32,000 nucleotides of DNA, taken from assembly GCA_031283585.1 (NCBI GenBank), contig JAITBP010000003.1:1-32000 (forward strand), in the 5' to 3' direction. The notes beneath the pieces were generated by a model. That model searched no databases. It was not told the origin of the DNA and was given only the letters and a program-made list of their open reading frames with translations. The position numbers were made by a program, and so were the translations under genes. Positions 1-8,253 of this stretch are shown here, piece after piece. The DNA is from Puniceicoccales bacterium (GTDB taxonomy: Bacteria; Verrucomicrobiota; Verrucomicrobiia; Opitutales; LL51). Each line of letters begins with the position of its first letter. Position 1 is the stretch's first letter.

Positions 1-339
1 GAGGGAGAAGGTGCTGGTCTAGGGTTTGGCAAGTCGAATCGCAACATGTTGAGTGCGGTGATCGGTGGCCATGTGGAAAGCGACCTATCTTTCGGAAGAG
101 TCTTTGCTGAAGTGGGTTACAAGCGTGAGCTCTGGCGGAAAAACAAGATCGACGACTTCAGTTACGCGGGTCTAGAGTACGCTCCGACCATCGGGACGGC
201 TTCGAAAAACCTCTGTATCGTCCGACTCGGCTACGATTTTTCTCGGGACAAATGGGGCCTGGGAATCGGCTTAGAAGGCCAGTTTAGCAACAATTGGAAG
301 GATTATCTCGGCAACATCGTGGCCACCTATTCGTTCTGA
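1..339 (+). CDS. Autotransporter (type Va) beta-barrel protein, C-terminal fragment; 5' end lies outside the window
   Basis: Frame 1 is open from nt 1 (EGEGAGLGFGKSNRN precedes the track's Met at 46). The last 97 aa align position for position with the C-terminus of ORF 713..3673 (FAEVGYKRELW, RLGY, GLEGQFS.NWKDY, terminal ATYSF). The terminal aromatic residue is typical of outer-membrane beta-barrels. Confidence 0.75.
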   Translation, partial: EGEGAGLGFGKSNRNMLSAVIGGHVESDLSFGRVFAEVGYKRELWRKNKIDDFSYAGLEYAPTIGTASKNLCIVRLGYDFSRDKWGLGIGLEGQFSNNWKDYLGNIVATYSF

Positions 340-389
340 TTTTTCCAGTTTTTTTAGTTTTTTCACTTTTCATTTTAGTTACCTATTCG

Positions 390-422
390 GCGTCGGTTCA
401 CCTCTCGGACCGGCGCTTTTTT
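390..422 (+). terminator. Rho-independent terminator after the first autotransporter gene
   Basis: A 10-bp stem pairs 390-399 (GCGTCGGTTC) with 407-416 (GGACCGGCGC), including two G:U pairs. The loop is 7 nt and is followed by TTTTTT at 417-422. Confidence 0.6.
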
Positions 423-451
423 ATTGAACTTTCCAGGCCTCTTTAGCAGAA

Positions 452-516
452 TTTTCCCAGGTACCTGGATTTTTTTATAATTTTTTGGGATTTTTTGATC
501 CAGTAGGGATATTTTT
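452..516 (+). promoter_or_regulatory. Helically phased T-tracts plus a 12-bp perfect palindrome upstream of the autotransporter gene (possible curved DNA or operator)
   Basis: T-runs start at 470, 481, 491 and 512 (spacings 11, 10 and 21 nt), with a shorter run at 452-455. CCAGGTACCTGG at 457-468 is its own reverse complement. Confidence 0.35.
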
Positions 517-712
517 GGCAAAATAGGAATCATTCAGGAACTGAAAGTCACTGGGCCGAAGTATTACTGCAGGTTTTGTAATATTGTTCATATTTTTTAT
601 TTTTTTTCTTGCGCAGTGCTGTAGATATGAGAATATGTCAAAATGGTGTGTTGGTTAGATTTAGCCATAGCGCCAGATTATATTAGATAGAAGGAATATA
701 GAGAGGTTATAT

Positions 713-3673
713 ATGAATAATAAAAGAATTAAAGAAATGTTAGAACAGCGGCTGAAGCAGCTTGGATTGCTGGGTGTTTTAGGCCTAGGTTTTGGTGTCC
801 TAGGTACTGTAAGTTCCCAGGCGGCGTTGCCTGCTAGCGTTAATGATCAAGGCGTTACGTCCGCTGATCTTAATGCCACCACTGGTGCTGTGACCTATAA
901 TGCCAGCGCAGCTGATAAATTTGCGGTGTTGAATCTAAGTGCACCTGCTACTATAGCTGGCAATGACGTAACACTTAGTGGTCCGGGTACCATCGGTATG
1001 ACTTTCGCTGCCGCTGGCGAATACGGGCTTGGTGGTTCTGGTAAGGCTGTGAAGATTGCTGGCGATCCGAAGTTATTGTTTTTTAGCAATGTGGCCAATG
1101 GTGATGTGACGATTAAAGGTGATAATATCGATGATTCGGTTTCTAAGGCTATCCGGCCTTTGCTCCTCACAACCGGTGAAAATAAATTGATTTTCGGATC
1201 ATTGAGTCCTAATGGTGGCGATTCTCTGCGTATTATAAGCGGGAAAGCTGGTCTTATCCAGATGATAGCTCCAGAGGGTGTTAATGTTAAGGCATTGGTG
1301 CTTGGTGCGGCGGCCGAAGAAAAGGTGCCAGTGGTTAGGTATAAAGTCGGTGTGGCTGGAACTATTGAGATCACCGAACAGCCGGCTTCCGGTGGTAATC
1401 TGCTGGTTATATCTGGTGGAGCCAGCAAGAGTGTCCTGGCTTCGGAAGGTGGTGTGGTCTATGGTGAAAGCTCGCTGAAGATCGGTAATGCTAATGCAGT
1501 AAACAATGTGCTGAATCTGGGCAGAGACCTGGTGGTAACCGAGGGCGCAATCCTGACCCTGGCCGGTACGGATATGACTGGTAACACAGCTAGTTCAATT
1601 ACAATCAAGGCTTCGAAGACTTTGGACGGCAGTGCGTCGGCGGATAAAAGTGGCAATATAGTTATTTCCAAGGGTGCTACGGTAAGATTGCTTAGCAATG
1701 TGATTCTGAGCGATACGACTGGCAAAAAGCTGACCAGTGGCTTTGTGCTAAGCGGTGACGACGATGCGGAAAACAAAACCATCGCCAAGCTGTTGGCCGA
1801 CGGCGGAGCTCGCACGATTACCATTCAGAACGAATCCTCGGTGCCGGTGATCCAGGTGGCCGATGGCAGTGCCGGTTTGATCGGCGGCAATCAACCATTG
1901 ATACTGAGTAGCGTCGATGGTAAGGATGTGTTGGTACAAGTGGGTGCCGGTGGTATGCTGAAGATCGATGGCTTAGTTACATTGGATTCCAAGGCACGGA
2001 ACGAAGGCTCTTTTCAGGTTAAAGATAAGGCCACATTGGTGTTTATCAATGCGCCCAAATCACAATTAAATGTCGGTGCGAATGATAGGATAGTTTTTGC
2101 AGCTAAATCTGGAGGTATTTCCTTTGATGCTCCGGAAAAAGGTTCAGATGTCCCCCAGTTGATATTGGCAAGTGTTGATAGTCTTGTTAACGTTGGTGAT
2201 ACCAAAATCCCCATTGATCTAGAAGGTAAATCATTCATTGATTTAGGGTTGGAAAGCCCAGGTAAACATGATTACAAGGTCGTATTAATCGGTCTAGGTG
2301 ATGGTAAATTTGATGATTTGATGAATAAAATCGATTGTGAAAAATTTTCCAACAGTATAGTCGCCGATGTCAATATTGGTGTAATTGGTCAAAACCTGTA
2401 CGGCATCAATGGTTATGAATCCATTGCCTATGGTGATGCGTTGGCTGATAATGCTGAGTCTGTCTCAGGTATATCCGAAGATTTTGTTGATGTCATTGAA
2501 TCTATGCAGGGAGCTGGAAAGCCGACAACTAATCGTAAAAAACTTTTCGGTATGTTGACAGCGAGATACGATGAAGAAGAAGAAGGGTTCGATAATGGTG
2601 ACCTAGCGCGTTCAATATCACGCAGTACGGCTGCCGAGCGTAATCGTGTGACCATGGCAATTGCCAATATGGCTCGCGGTGCTGCCTATTCCCATATGTG
2701 CCGAGAAATTGGTGATAAGGAGCTATGGGCTGCTGGTATGGGCGATCTTCTTCGTCAAAAAGAAGTCAATGGCTACGGTATGCGTGCCGGATTATGGGGC
2801 CTGGCCATAGGCTACGACATGAACCTCTCGGATGAGTCGGTACTTGGTCTGTTAGCTGGTTATGGGCATGCTAAAATGAAATACAATGGGTCGACGTTAC
2901 TCGATGGCAATAATGGAAGTCAACGGTCATTCTTTGGTGGTGTCTATGGTGAATGGAATTCTCTGGAAAATGCCATACGTACCAAATTTTCCGCATTAAT
3001 GGGTCGTTCAAAATATAAAGAGTGGGGAAATAGACCTGTGCCTGGCACGAAACAGGAAGACTATTCGGCCGAAATAGCTAGATTCTCATCCTCTCACAGA
3101 GGCTATTGGGCATCTCTTAACGTAGATTGTGTTTATTTACCATGGGAATATAACAACATAAAGTTTGGTCCATGGGTTGCTTTGACCTATGATTATGTGA
3201 ACCAAAAGAATGGGTCAGAATCCGTGGATGCAGGGCTTGATGAATCTGATGATAACCCCACCGAGCCAACCGCAACCAGCCCAGGGGCAGAAACAGCAAA
3301 ATCTGATAATAATGTTGCCAAAGAAAGTGAAGACTGGGATCCGGCAGATGGGCTTATCTATAGCAAGTCCAAATGTCATATGTTGAGTCCTGTGATCGGT
3401 ATTCATGCCGAAACGGATCTTTCTTTAGGTAAAGTCTTTGCTGAAGTTGGCTATAAACGCGAGCTTTGGAAGAAAAATAAAGTCGGTACCGTGGAGTATT
3501 ACGATGAAGAATATTCTCCTGCCCTAGGAAATGTAGGAAAGAATTCCTGTGTAGTCAGGCTTGGCTATGGGTTAACAAAAAATAACTGGGGCTTCGATCT
3601 CGGCTTAGAAGGTCAATTTAGTAAAAACTGGAAAGATTATTCAGCCAACATAGCTGCGACCTATTCATTCTAA
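713..3673 (+). CDS. Autotransporter adhesin-like outer membrane protein (986 aa)
   Basis: N-terminal signal-like segment (LGLLGVLGLGFGVLGTVSSQA/A). Long Gly/Val/Ser/Thr/Asn-rich passenger with beta-helix-like composition. C-terminal beta-barrel region runs from about LWAAGMGDLL...GLWGLAIGYD...VLGLLAGYG to the terminal ATYSF. GAGAGG lies upstream of the ATG. Confidence 0.8.
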   Translation: MNNKRIKEMLEQRLKQLGLLGVLGLGFGVLGTVSSQAALPASVNDQGVTSADLNATTGAVTYNASAADKFAVLNLSAPATIAGNDVTLSGPGTIGMTFAAAGEYGLGGSGKAVKIAGDPKLLFFSNVANGDVTIKGDNIDDSVSKAIRPLLLTTGENKLIFGSLSPNGGDSLRIISGKAGLIQMIAPEGVNVKALVLGAAAEEKVPVVRYKVGVAGTIEITEQPASGGNLLVISGGASKSVLASEGGVVYGESSLKIGNANAVNNVLNLGRDLVVTEGAILTLAGTDMTGNTASSITIKASKTLDGSASADKSGNIVISKGATVRLLSNVILSDTTGKKLTSGFVLSGDDDAENKTIAKLLADGGARTITIQNESSVPVIQVADGSAGLIGGNQPLILSSVDGKDVLVQVGAGGMLKIDGLVTLDSKARNEGSFQVKDKATLVFINAPKSQLNVGANDRIVFAAKSGGISFDAPEKGSDVPQLILASVDSLVNVGDTKIPIDLEGKSFIDLGLESPGKHDYKVVLIGLGDGKFDDLMNKIDCEKFSNSIVADVNIGVIGQNLYGINGYESIAYGDALADNAESVSGISEDFVDVIESMQGAGKPTTNRKKLFGMLTARYDEEEEGFDNGDLARSISRSTAAERNRVTMAIANMARGAAYSHMCREIGDKELWAAGMGDLLRQKEVNGYGMRAGLWGLAIGYDMNLSDESVLGLLAGYGHAKMKYNGSTLLDGNNGSQRSFFGGVYGEWNSLENAIRTKFSALMGRSKYKEWGNRPVPGTKQEDYSAEIARFSSSHRGYWASLNVDCVYLPWEYNNIKFGPWVALTYDYVNQKNGSESVDAGLDESDDNPTEPTATSPGAETAKSDNNVAKESEDWDPADGLIYSKSKCHMLSPVIGIHAETDLSLGKVFAEVGYKRELWKKNKVGTVEYYDEEYSPALGNVGKNSCVVRLGYGLTKNNWGFDLGLEGQFSKNWKDYSANIAATYSF

Positions 3674-3704
3674 TGAATAGTTAGATTATATTAGTGTGTT
3701 TTGT

Positions 3705-3736
3705 AGCACCATCCATCAGCGGGTGGTGCTTTTTTT
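3705..3736 (+). terminator. Rho-independent terminator after the second autotransporter gene
   Basis: A 10-bp stem pairs 3705-3714 (AGCACCATCC) with 3721-3730 (GGGTGGTGCT), including one G:U pair. The loop is 6 nt, and the T-run spans 3730-3736. Confidence 0.65.
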
Positions 3737-3753
3737 GATGTGATGGCTTTTGA

Positions 3754-3783
3754 TTGACAATACCTGTGGTTTGGTTGTATATT
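3754..3783 (+). promoter_or_regulatory. Putative sigma70-type promoter of dnaN
   Basis: TTGACA at 3754-3759, an 18-nt spacer, then TATATT at 3778-3783 preceded by TG. The -10 element ends 12 nt before the dnaN ATG. Confidence 0.35.
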
Positions 3784-3795
3784 GTGCACCATTCT

Positions 3796-4926
3796 ATGAA
3801 GTTCGTAGCTAATAAGGAAGCCGTGTTAGCGGCATTGCAACAGGTATCTAATATTGTTGGAAATAGACCGGCCATGCCCATTTTATCAAATGTACTAATA
3901 GAAGCAGACCTGGATAAAGGTGTTGTTTTTTTTACAACTACAAATCTTGATATCGGGATTCACTGTGGCATAAAATCAGAAGTTTTGGCAATGGGTGGAA
4001 TTACATTGCCGGCAAAAAAGCTATCTATGATCGTCAAGTCATTGCCGGGTAATGAGTTGAGTGTTGAACTAGTAAATGATCTCAAGGTCAAGATTTCATC
4101 AAATGGTTCTGTTTTCATACTATCCGGCCTGGATCAATCTGAATTTCCTAGATTGTCAAAAATCGATGAAACTAATGGCATTACGATGAAGCAATACGAT
4201 TTTGTATCGATGCTTAAGAATGTTTCCTATGCCCAGTCAAAGGATGAAAATAGGTATGTTCTAAATGGGGTGTATTTTTCGACGGAAGATGATAGGGTCA
4301 ACCTTGTTGCTACCGACGGCCGGCGCTTGAGCCTTATTTCTAGAAAATTCGATGGGGCAATCAATTTCAAATCTGTTATAATTCCGGCGAAGACTGTGCT
4401 GGAATTGGAACGTATGCTTATCTTTGGTAGTGATGTAAACATCTATTCGGACGATAGGCAGATATGGTTTAGGATCCAGGTGGATAGGGAAGACAATTCC
4501 GGATTGACTGGAGACATCAGTGTTGTTTCGAAAATCGTTGAAGGCAAATACCCTAATTATAAGCAAGTGATACCAGTCACCACGGAACATCGAATAAGGT
4601 TGGATCGGGAAAGGTTTCTGGAAATGGTTCAAAGGGTTTCAATTGTTGCCGATGAGAGAAATTGTTCCATAAGATTTAAAATAGCTAATAATTCAATAGA
4701 AGCACGTTCGTTCAGCCAGTCCTGTGGTGAAGCCAATGAATCTTTGTCTATTGCCTATGAAGAAGTTCCAATAGAATTAGCCTTCAACCCGAAATTTGTG
4801 GCAGATCCACTCAGGGCTTTATTGAAGGACGAGGTGTATTTTGAGTTCAAAGATGAGCTTAGCCCCGGAGTGTTTAAAGATACCGACGGCCTGGTATGCG
4901 TTGTTATGCCATTGAGACTTAACTAG
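3796..4926 (+). CDS. dnaN: DNA polymerase III beta sliding clamp
   Basis: Starts MKFVANKEAVLAALQQVSNIV, a typical DnaN N-terminus, and contains LVATDGRRLS. At about 376 aa the length is typical. The track's TTG start at 3754 coincides with the predicted -35 box, so I prefer ATG 3796. Confidence 0.9.
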   Translation: MKFVANKEAVLAALQQVSNIVGNRPAMPILSNVLIEADLDKGVVFFTTTNLDIGIHCGIKSEVLAMGGITLPAKKLSMIVKSLPGNELSVELVNDLKVKISSNGSVFILSGLDQSEFPRLSKIDETNGITMKQYDFVSMLKNVSYAQSKDENRYVLNGVYFSTEDDRVNLVATDGRRLSLISRKFDGAINFKSVIIPAKTVLELERMLIFGSDVNIYSDDRQIWFRIQVDREDNSGLTGDISVVSKIVEGKYPNYKQVIPVTTEHRIRLDRERFLEMVQRVSIVADERNCSIRFKIANNSIEARSFSQSCGEANESLSIAYEEVPIELAFNPKFVADPLRALLKDEVYFEFKDELSPGVFKDTDGLVCVVMPLRLN

Positions 4927-4952
4927 TTATATGGTACGTAGATGGGTTAGCT

Positions 4953-5801
4953 ATGGCCGAAACGCTCATTGGTCTTGGTTATGTGTTATTGCTGATGACG
5001 GTTTTTTCCAATTTATTTAGGACACCGTTCGAGATTGGTAAAAATCGATGTCCATTGCCGGCTATTAGGATTAGCCAGGCCAGTGTTTTTATTGCTTTGA
5101 TATCTTTTGCCCTGTACACTTTTCTAGGACATTTATCTTTTAAGCTGCATGAAAGTGTATTTCATGTCGAAGTCGACGAGATGACGAAGCGCTTGGTTTG
5201 TGGAACCGTTACCTATATCTGTGTGTTGGCTTTAGTTATTTTTATAATAAAAAAAGAATCTCTTACAGAATTTCTGATCCAGGATTTTGACCATTTGACC
5301 AATAAAATCTTCTCGGCCATTGGCTGTGGTCTGGTTGGTTTTTTTGTGATGGCGCCTCTGGTTGTTATTAGTATGAAGTTGACGACGCTCTTGATAGAGT
5401 CTGTAACCCACCGGAGTATTGCCCAGGAGATTGGTTCGCAGTATCTTGTTCGTCACTATTCCGATATTAATTCGATTTTCAAAAAATGTCTATCCTGGAT
5501 AAATCTAATCCTATTGGCTCCAATGGTCGAAGAAATTGTTTTTAGGTTTTTGTTATATAGATTTCTTAGATGGCGAATGGTTCCCTGGGCGGCAATGCTC
5601 ATCAGCTCGATGGTATTTTCCTCCATGCATGATGGCCCACGAGCCCTGTTTCCTTTGTTTATAATGGGCCTATCATTGGTGTTTATTTATGATCGTTTTG
5701 GGAATATACTTGTGCCGATGGTAACCCATGCGCTCTTTAACGCGTTTAGCATAATTTTCCTAATCCCTAGTATAACCACAGATAATTTTAACGGTATTTA
5801 G
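4953..5801 (+). CDS. CPBP (CAAX) family intramembrane glutamic/metallo-protease
   Basis: Polytopic membrane protein carrying the three CPBP motifs: EEIVFR, FSSMH and HALFN. Confidence 0.8.
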   Translation: MAETLIGLGYVLLLMTVFSNLFRTPFEIGKNRCPLPAIRISQASVFIALISFALYTFLGHLSFKLHESVFHVEVDEMTKRLVCGTVTYICVLALVIFIIKKESLTEFLIQDFDHLTNKIFSAIGCGLVGFFVMAPLVVISMKLTTLLIESVTHRSIAQEIGSQYLVRHYSDINSIFKKCLSWINLILLAPMVEEIVFRFLLYRFLRWRMVPWAAMLISSMVFSSMHDGPRALFPLFIMGLSLVFIYDRFGNILVPMVTHALFNAFSIIFLIPSITTDNFNGI

Positions 5802-5803
5802 CT

Positions 5804-6265
5804 ATGGATGTTATTAATAGGTTTCTTTCTGGCTATGAATCCAATTCCATTGAGGAAACTATCGAAGCTGGCAGGATTTTTGGAAGTATTATTGCAGAGA
5901 ATTCGGTGGTTTCTATGCGTGGCGATCTCGGCGCAGGCAAGACCACATTTGTGAAAGGTATAGCTGAGTTTTTCGATATCAGTGATAATATTACCAGCCC
6001 AACTTTTAACATATTTTCACTTTATTCTGGGCGGATCAATCTATTACATGTGGATGCCTATCGACTGAATGATCCAAAAGAAGCCGAAGATATTGCTTTG
6101 GAAGATTTTTTAATACCTCCATTCCTGATGTTGGTTGAATGGCCAGAGAACCTTGGTCTATTGAATGATTGTGATTATCTGCTGAATTTTTCCCTAGGTC
6201 CTGATTGTCACAGGACAATAACCTTAGAAATTGACGAAACGTCATTACAATGTAGCATAAACTAA
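5804..6265 (+). CDS. tsaE: tRNA threonylcarbamoyladenosine (t6A) biosynthesis ATPase TsaE
   Basis: P-loop GDLGAGKTTFVKG, plus SPTFNI and HVDAYRL. Length is 153 aa. It starts 2 nt after the CPBP stop codon, and its stop overlaps the pgi start (TAATG). Confidence 0.85.
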   Translation: MDVINRFLSGYESNSIEETIEAGRIFGSIIAENSVVSMRGDLGAGKTTFVKGIAEFFDISDNITSPTFNIFSLYSGRINLLHVDAYRLNDPKEAEDIALEDFLIPPFLMLVEWPENLGLLNDCDYLLNFSLGPDCHRTITLEIDETSLQCSIN

Positions 6266-7830
6266 TGGATAGGGATTTTTTCAGAAAATATTTTTGGAAT
6301 GAACAACTCGGAATTGGTGTGGACCTAGGCCGTATTCGAAATTATTCAAGTACCTACACGGATCTAGAACAGAAGATAACCAAGGCTTTTAATGCCATGG
6401 CTGCACTGGAAAGCGGTGGTATTGCCAACCCGAGTGAGAACCGGATGGTTGGCCATTATTGGCTTAGGAATCCTGGGCTGGCTCCGACCGTGGAGATAAA
6501 ATCCGAAATAGAAAATAGCATTACCCAGATCGAAAGGTTTGCCCAGGCTGTGCATAAGGGTGATATTGTTGGCCAGGATGGTCGTTTTGAAAACATTTTA
6601 TGTCTTGGAATCGGCGGTTCTGCGCTTGGCCCAAGATTGATTTCCTCGGCCCTTACGGAGCCAATAAAGGATAAAATGAAGCTGTATTTCATTGATAATA
6701 CCGATCCGGATGGCATCGATTATGTGGCAAAGGTTTTAGATGGAAAACTGGGAAAAACCCTGGTGATTGTGATGTCAAAGTCTGGTGGTACTCAGGAGAC
6801 GAAAAATGCGATGCTTGAAGTCGAGCATCTGTATTACAATCATAAGATTACGTTTTCAAGACAGGCCGTTGCCGTGACCTGCAAGGATAGTAAATTGGAC
6901 AGGCAATCCAGGGCAGATGGCTGGCTAAGTCGCTTCCCCATGTGGGACTGGGTTGGTGGTCGGACCAGCGTTACGTCGGTGGTTGGTCTACTGCCGGCGG
7001 CGTTGCAAGGTCTCGATTTTAAGAAATTTTTGGCCGGTGCCCGGGATATGGATTCGCTTACCCGTCGGCCTGGTCCGGATAATCTGGCAATGGTTTTAGC
7101 CGTGGCCTGGTATTCGGCTTCCCAGGGCCAGGGTAAAAAAGACATGGTGGTGATTCCCTATAAGGACAGGCTATCATTGTTTACTTCCTATTTACAACAA
7201 TTGATAATGGAGTCACTTGGTAAGCGTAACGATATTAATGGACTGGAGGTACATCAAGGGATTTCCGTCTATGGAAATAAAGGATCAACGGATCAGCATG
7301 CCTATGTGCAACAGTTGAGAGACGGTCTGGATAATTTTTTCGTTACATTCATCGAGGTACTGAAAAGCAGGGTTGGCGAGTCCATCGATATTGAACCCGG
7401 CGTTAAGACCGGTGATTATCTCGAAGGATTTTTACTTGGCACACGGCTTGCTCTGTCCGAATCTGGCCGCGAATCGATTACGCTGACAATCCGCGAAGTG
7501 AATGCCTATTATATGGGTATTTTGATTGCTTTATATGAGCGTGCCGTAGGGTTTTATGCGTCGCTGATCGATGTAAATGCCTATGACCAACCAGGTGTCG
7601 AAGCCGGAAAGAAAGCGGCAAATGAGGTGTTACATACTCAACAATTGCTGTTGGAATCCCTGTCATCAAAACCTACTCCCATGACATCCGAGGAGATTGC
7701 AAAGGCCATTGATGCTGATAATGAATTGGTGTTTAAATTACTAGAATACTTGGCTGCCAATGACCGTGTGGTCCGTGAATCCACCGGCGATATCCGTAGC
7801 ATAAAATATATGGCAAAAGTTGGTAATTAG
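6265..7830 (+). CDS. pgi: Glucose-6-phosphate isomerase
   Basis: SIS/PGI motifs GIGGSALGP, SKSGGTQET, GSTDQHAYVQQL and DQPGVEAGK. Length is 521 aa. Confidence 0.9.
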   Translation: MDRDFFRKYFWNEQLGIGVDLGRIRNYSSTYTDLEQKITKAFNAMAALESGGIANPSENRMVGHYWLRNPGLAPTVEIKSEIENSITQIERFAQAVHKGDIVGQDGRFENILCLGIGGSALGPRLISSALTEPIKDKMKLYFIDNTDPDGIDYVAKVLDGKLGKTLVIVMSKSGGTQETKNAMLEVEHLYYNHKITFSRQAVAVTCKDSKLDRQSRADGWLSRFPMWDWVGGRTSVTSVVGLLPAALQGLDFKKFLAGARDMDSLTRRPGPDNLAMVLAVAWYSASQGQGKKDMVVIPYKDRLSLFTSYLQQLIMESLGKRNDINGLEVHQGISVYGNKGSTDQHAYVQQLRDGLDNFFVTFIEVLKSRVGESIDIEPGVKTGDYLEGFLLGTRLALSESGRESITLTIREVNAYYMGILIALYERAVGFYASLIDVNAYDQPGVEAGKKAANEVLHTQQLLLESLSSKPTPMTSEEIAKAIDADNELVFKLLEYLAANDRVVRESTGDIRSIKYMAKVGN

Positions 7831-7832
7831 CC

Positions 7833-7859
7833 TTGACATTATCGCTGGTGATCTAATCT
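7833..7859 (+). promoter_or_regulatory. Putative promoter of rpsU
   Basis: Perfect -35 TTGACA at 7833-7838, then TAATCT at 7854-7859. The 15-nt spacer is short, so confidence is low. GGAGG at 7872-7876 serves as the RBS for GTG 7885. Confidence 0.3.
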
Positions 7860-7884
7860 TAAAAGCGATTTGGAGGTTAAATAG

Positions 7885-8178
7885 GTGTCAGTTCGTATTA
7901 TTTTGCGTAAAGGTGAAACGGTGGTGAATGCACTGAGGCGTTTGAAAAGATGGCTCGATGTTGAAAATGTTTTCGCAGATGTGCGTGGAAGACGTTATTA
8001 TGTGAAGCCTTCGGAAAAAAATAGGAAGAAAAAGAAAGATGCCATATTCAACAACAAGGTGAGGATGCGTCGCGAGGACGGTTATGAAAGTCCCTATGGC
8101 AAGAATATCAAGAAGAAAAAAGTTGCCAGGTCTGGCAATACATTGCGGATGCGGCGTGAAAATACCTATGGCACTTGA
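7885..8178 (+). CDS. rpsU: 30S ribosomal protein S21 with an unusual C-terminal extension
   Basis: The N-terminal ~60 aa match the S21 pattern (VRIILRKGETVVNALRRLKR...RRYYVKPSEKNRKKKK). GTG start with a GGAGG RBS. At 97 aa it is longer than the usual ~60-70 aa. Confidence 0.85.
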   Translation: MSVRIILRKGETVVNALRRLKRWLDVENVFADVRGRRYYVKPSEKNRKKKKDAIFNNKVRMRREDGYESPYGKNIKKKKVARSGNTLRMRRENTYGT

Positions 8179-8212
8179 TGGCTGGTTCTTTAAGATCGAA
8201 CTTTTAAATTTG

Positions 8213-8240
8213 TTGTAATAGGCGCTGTAATCTGTATAAT
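8213..8240 (+). promoter_or_regulatory. Putative sigma70-type promoter of the galE-like gene
   Basis: TTGTAA at 8213-8218, a 16-nt spacer, then a perfect TATAAT at 8235-8240. The ATG at 8254 lies 13 nt after the -10 element. Confidence 0.35.
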
Positions 8241-8253
8241 CAGCATTGTTAGG

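Noticed and set aside
895-2238. Several minus-strand and alternative-frame ORFs inside the autotransporter gene (895..1428, 1278..1478, 1459..1824, 1748..1939, 2014..2238)
   Set aside because: The Gly/Ala/Val-rich passenger coding sequence naturally leaves antisense frames open. None has motifs or translation signals.
713-3673. Assignment of the autotransporter to the chlamydial Pmp family
   Set aside because: I found no GGA[ILV] repeats (only GGAS, GGAR and GAGG) and only an isolated FxxN (FFSN). A generic autotransporter call is all the sequence supports.
3754-3795. 14-codon TTG-initiated extension of dnaN
   Set aside because: The TTG is the first triplet of a TTGACA -35 box, and MKF... 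at 3796 is the canonical DnaN start.
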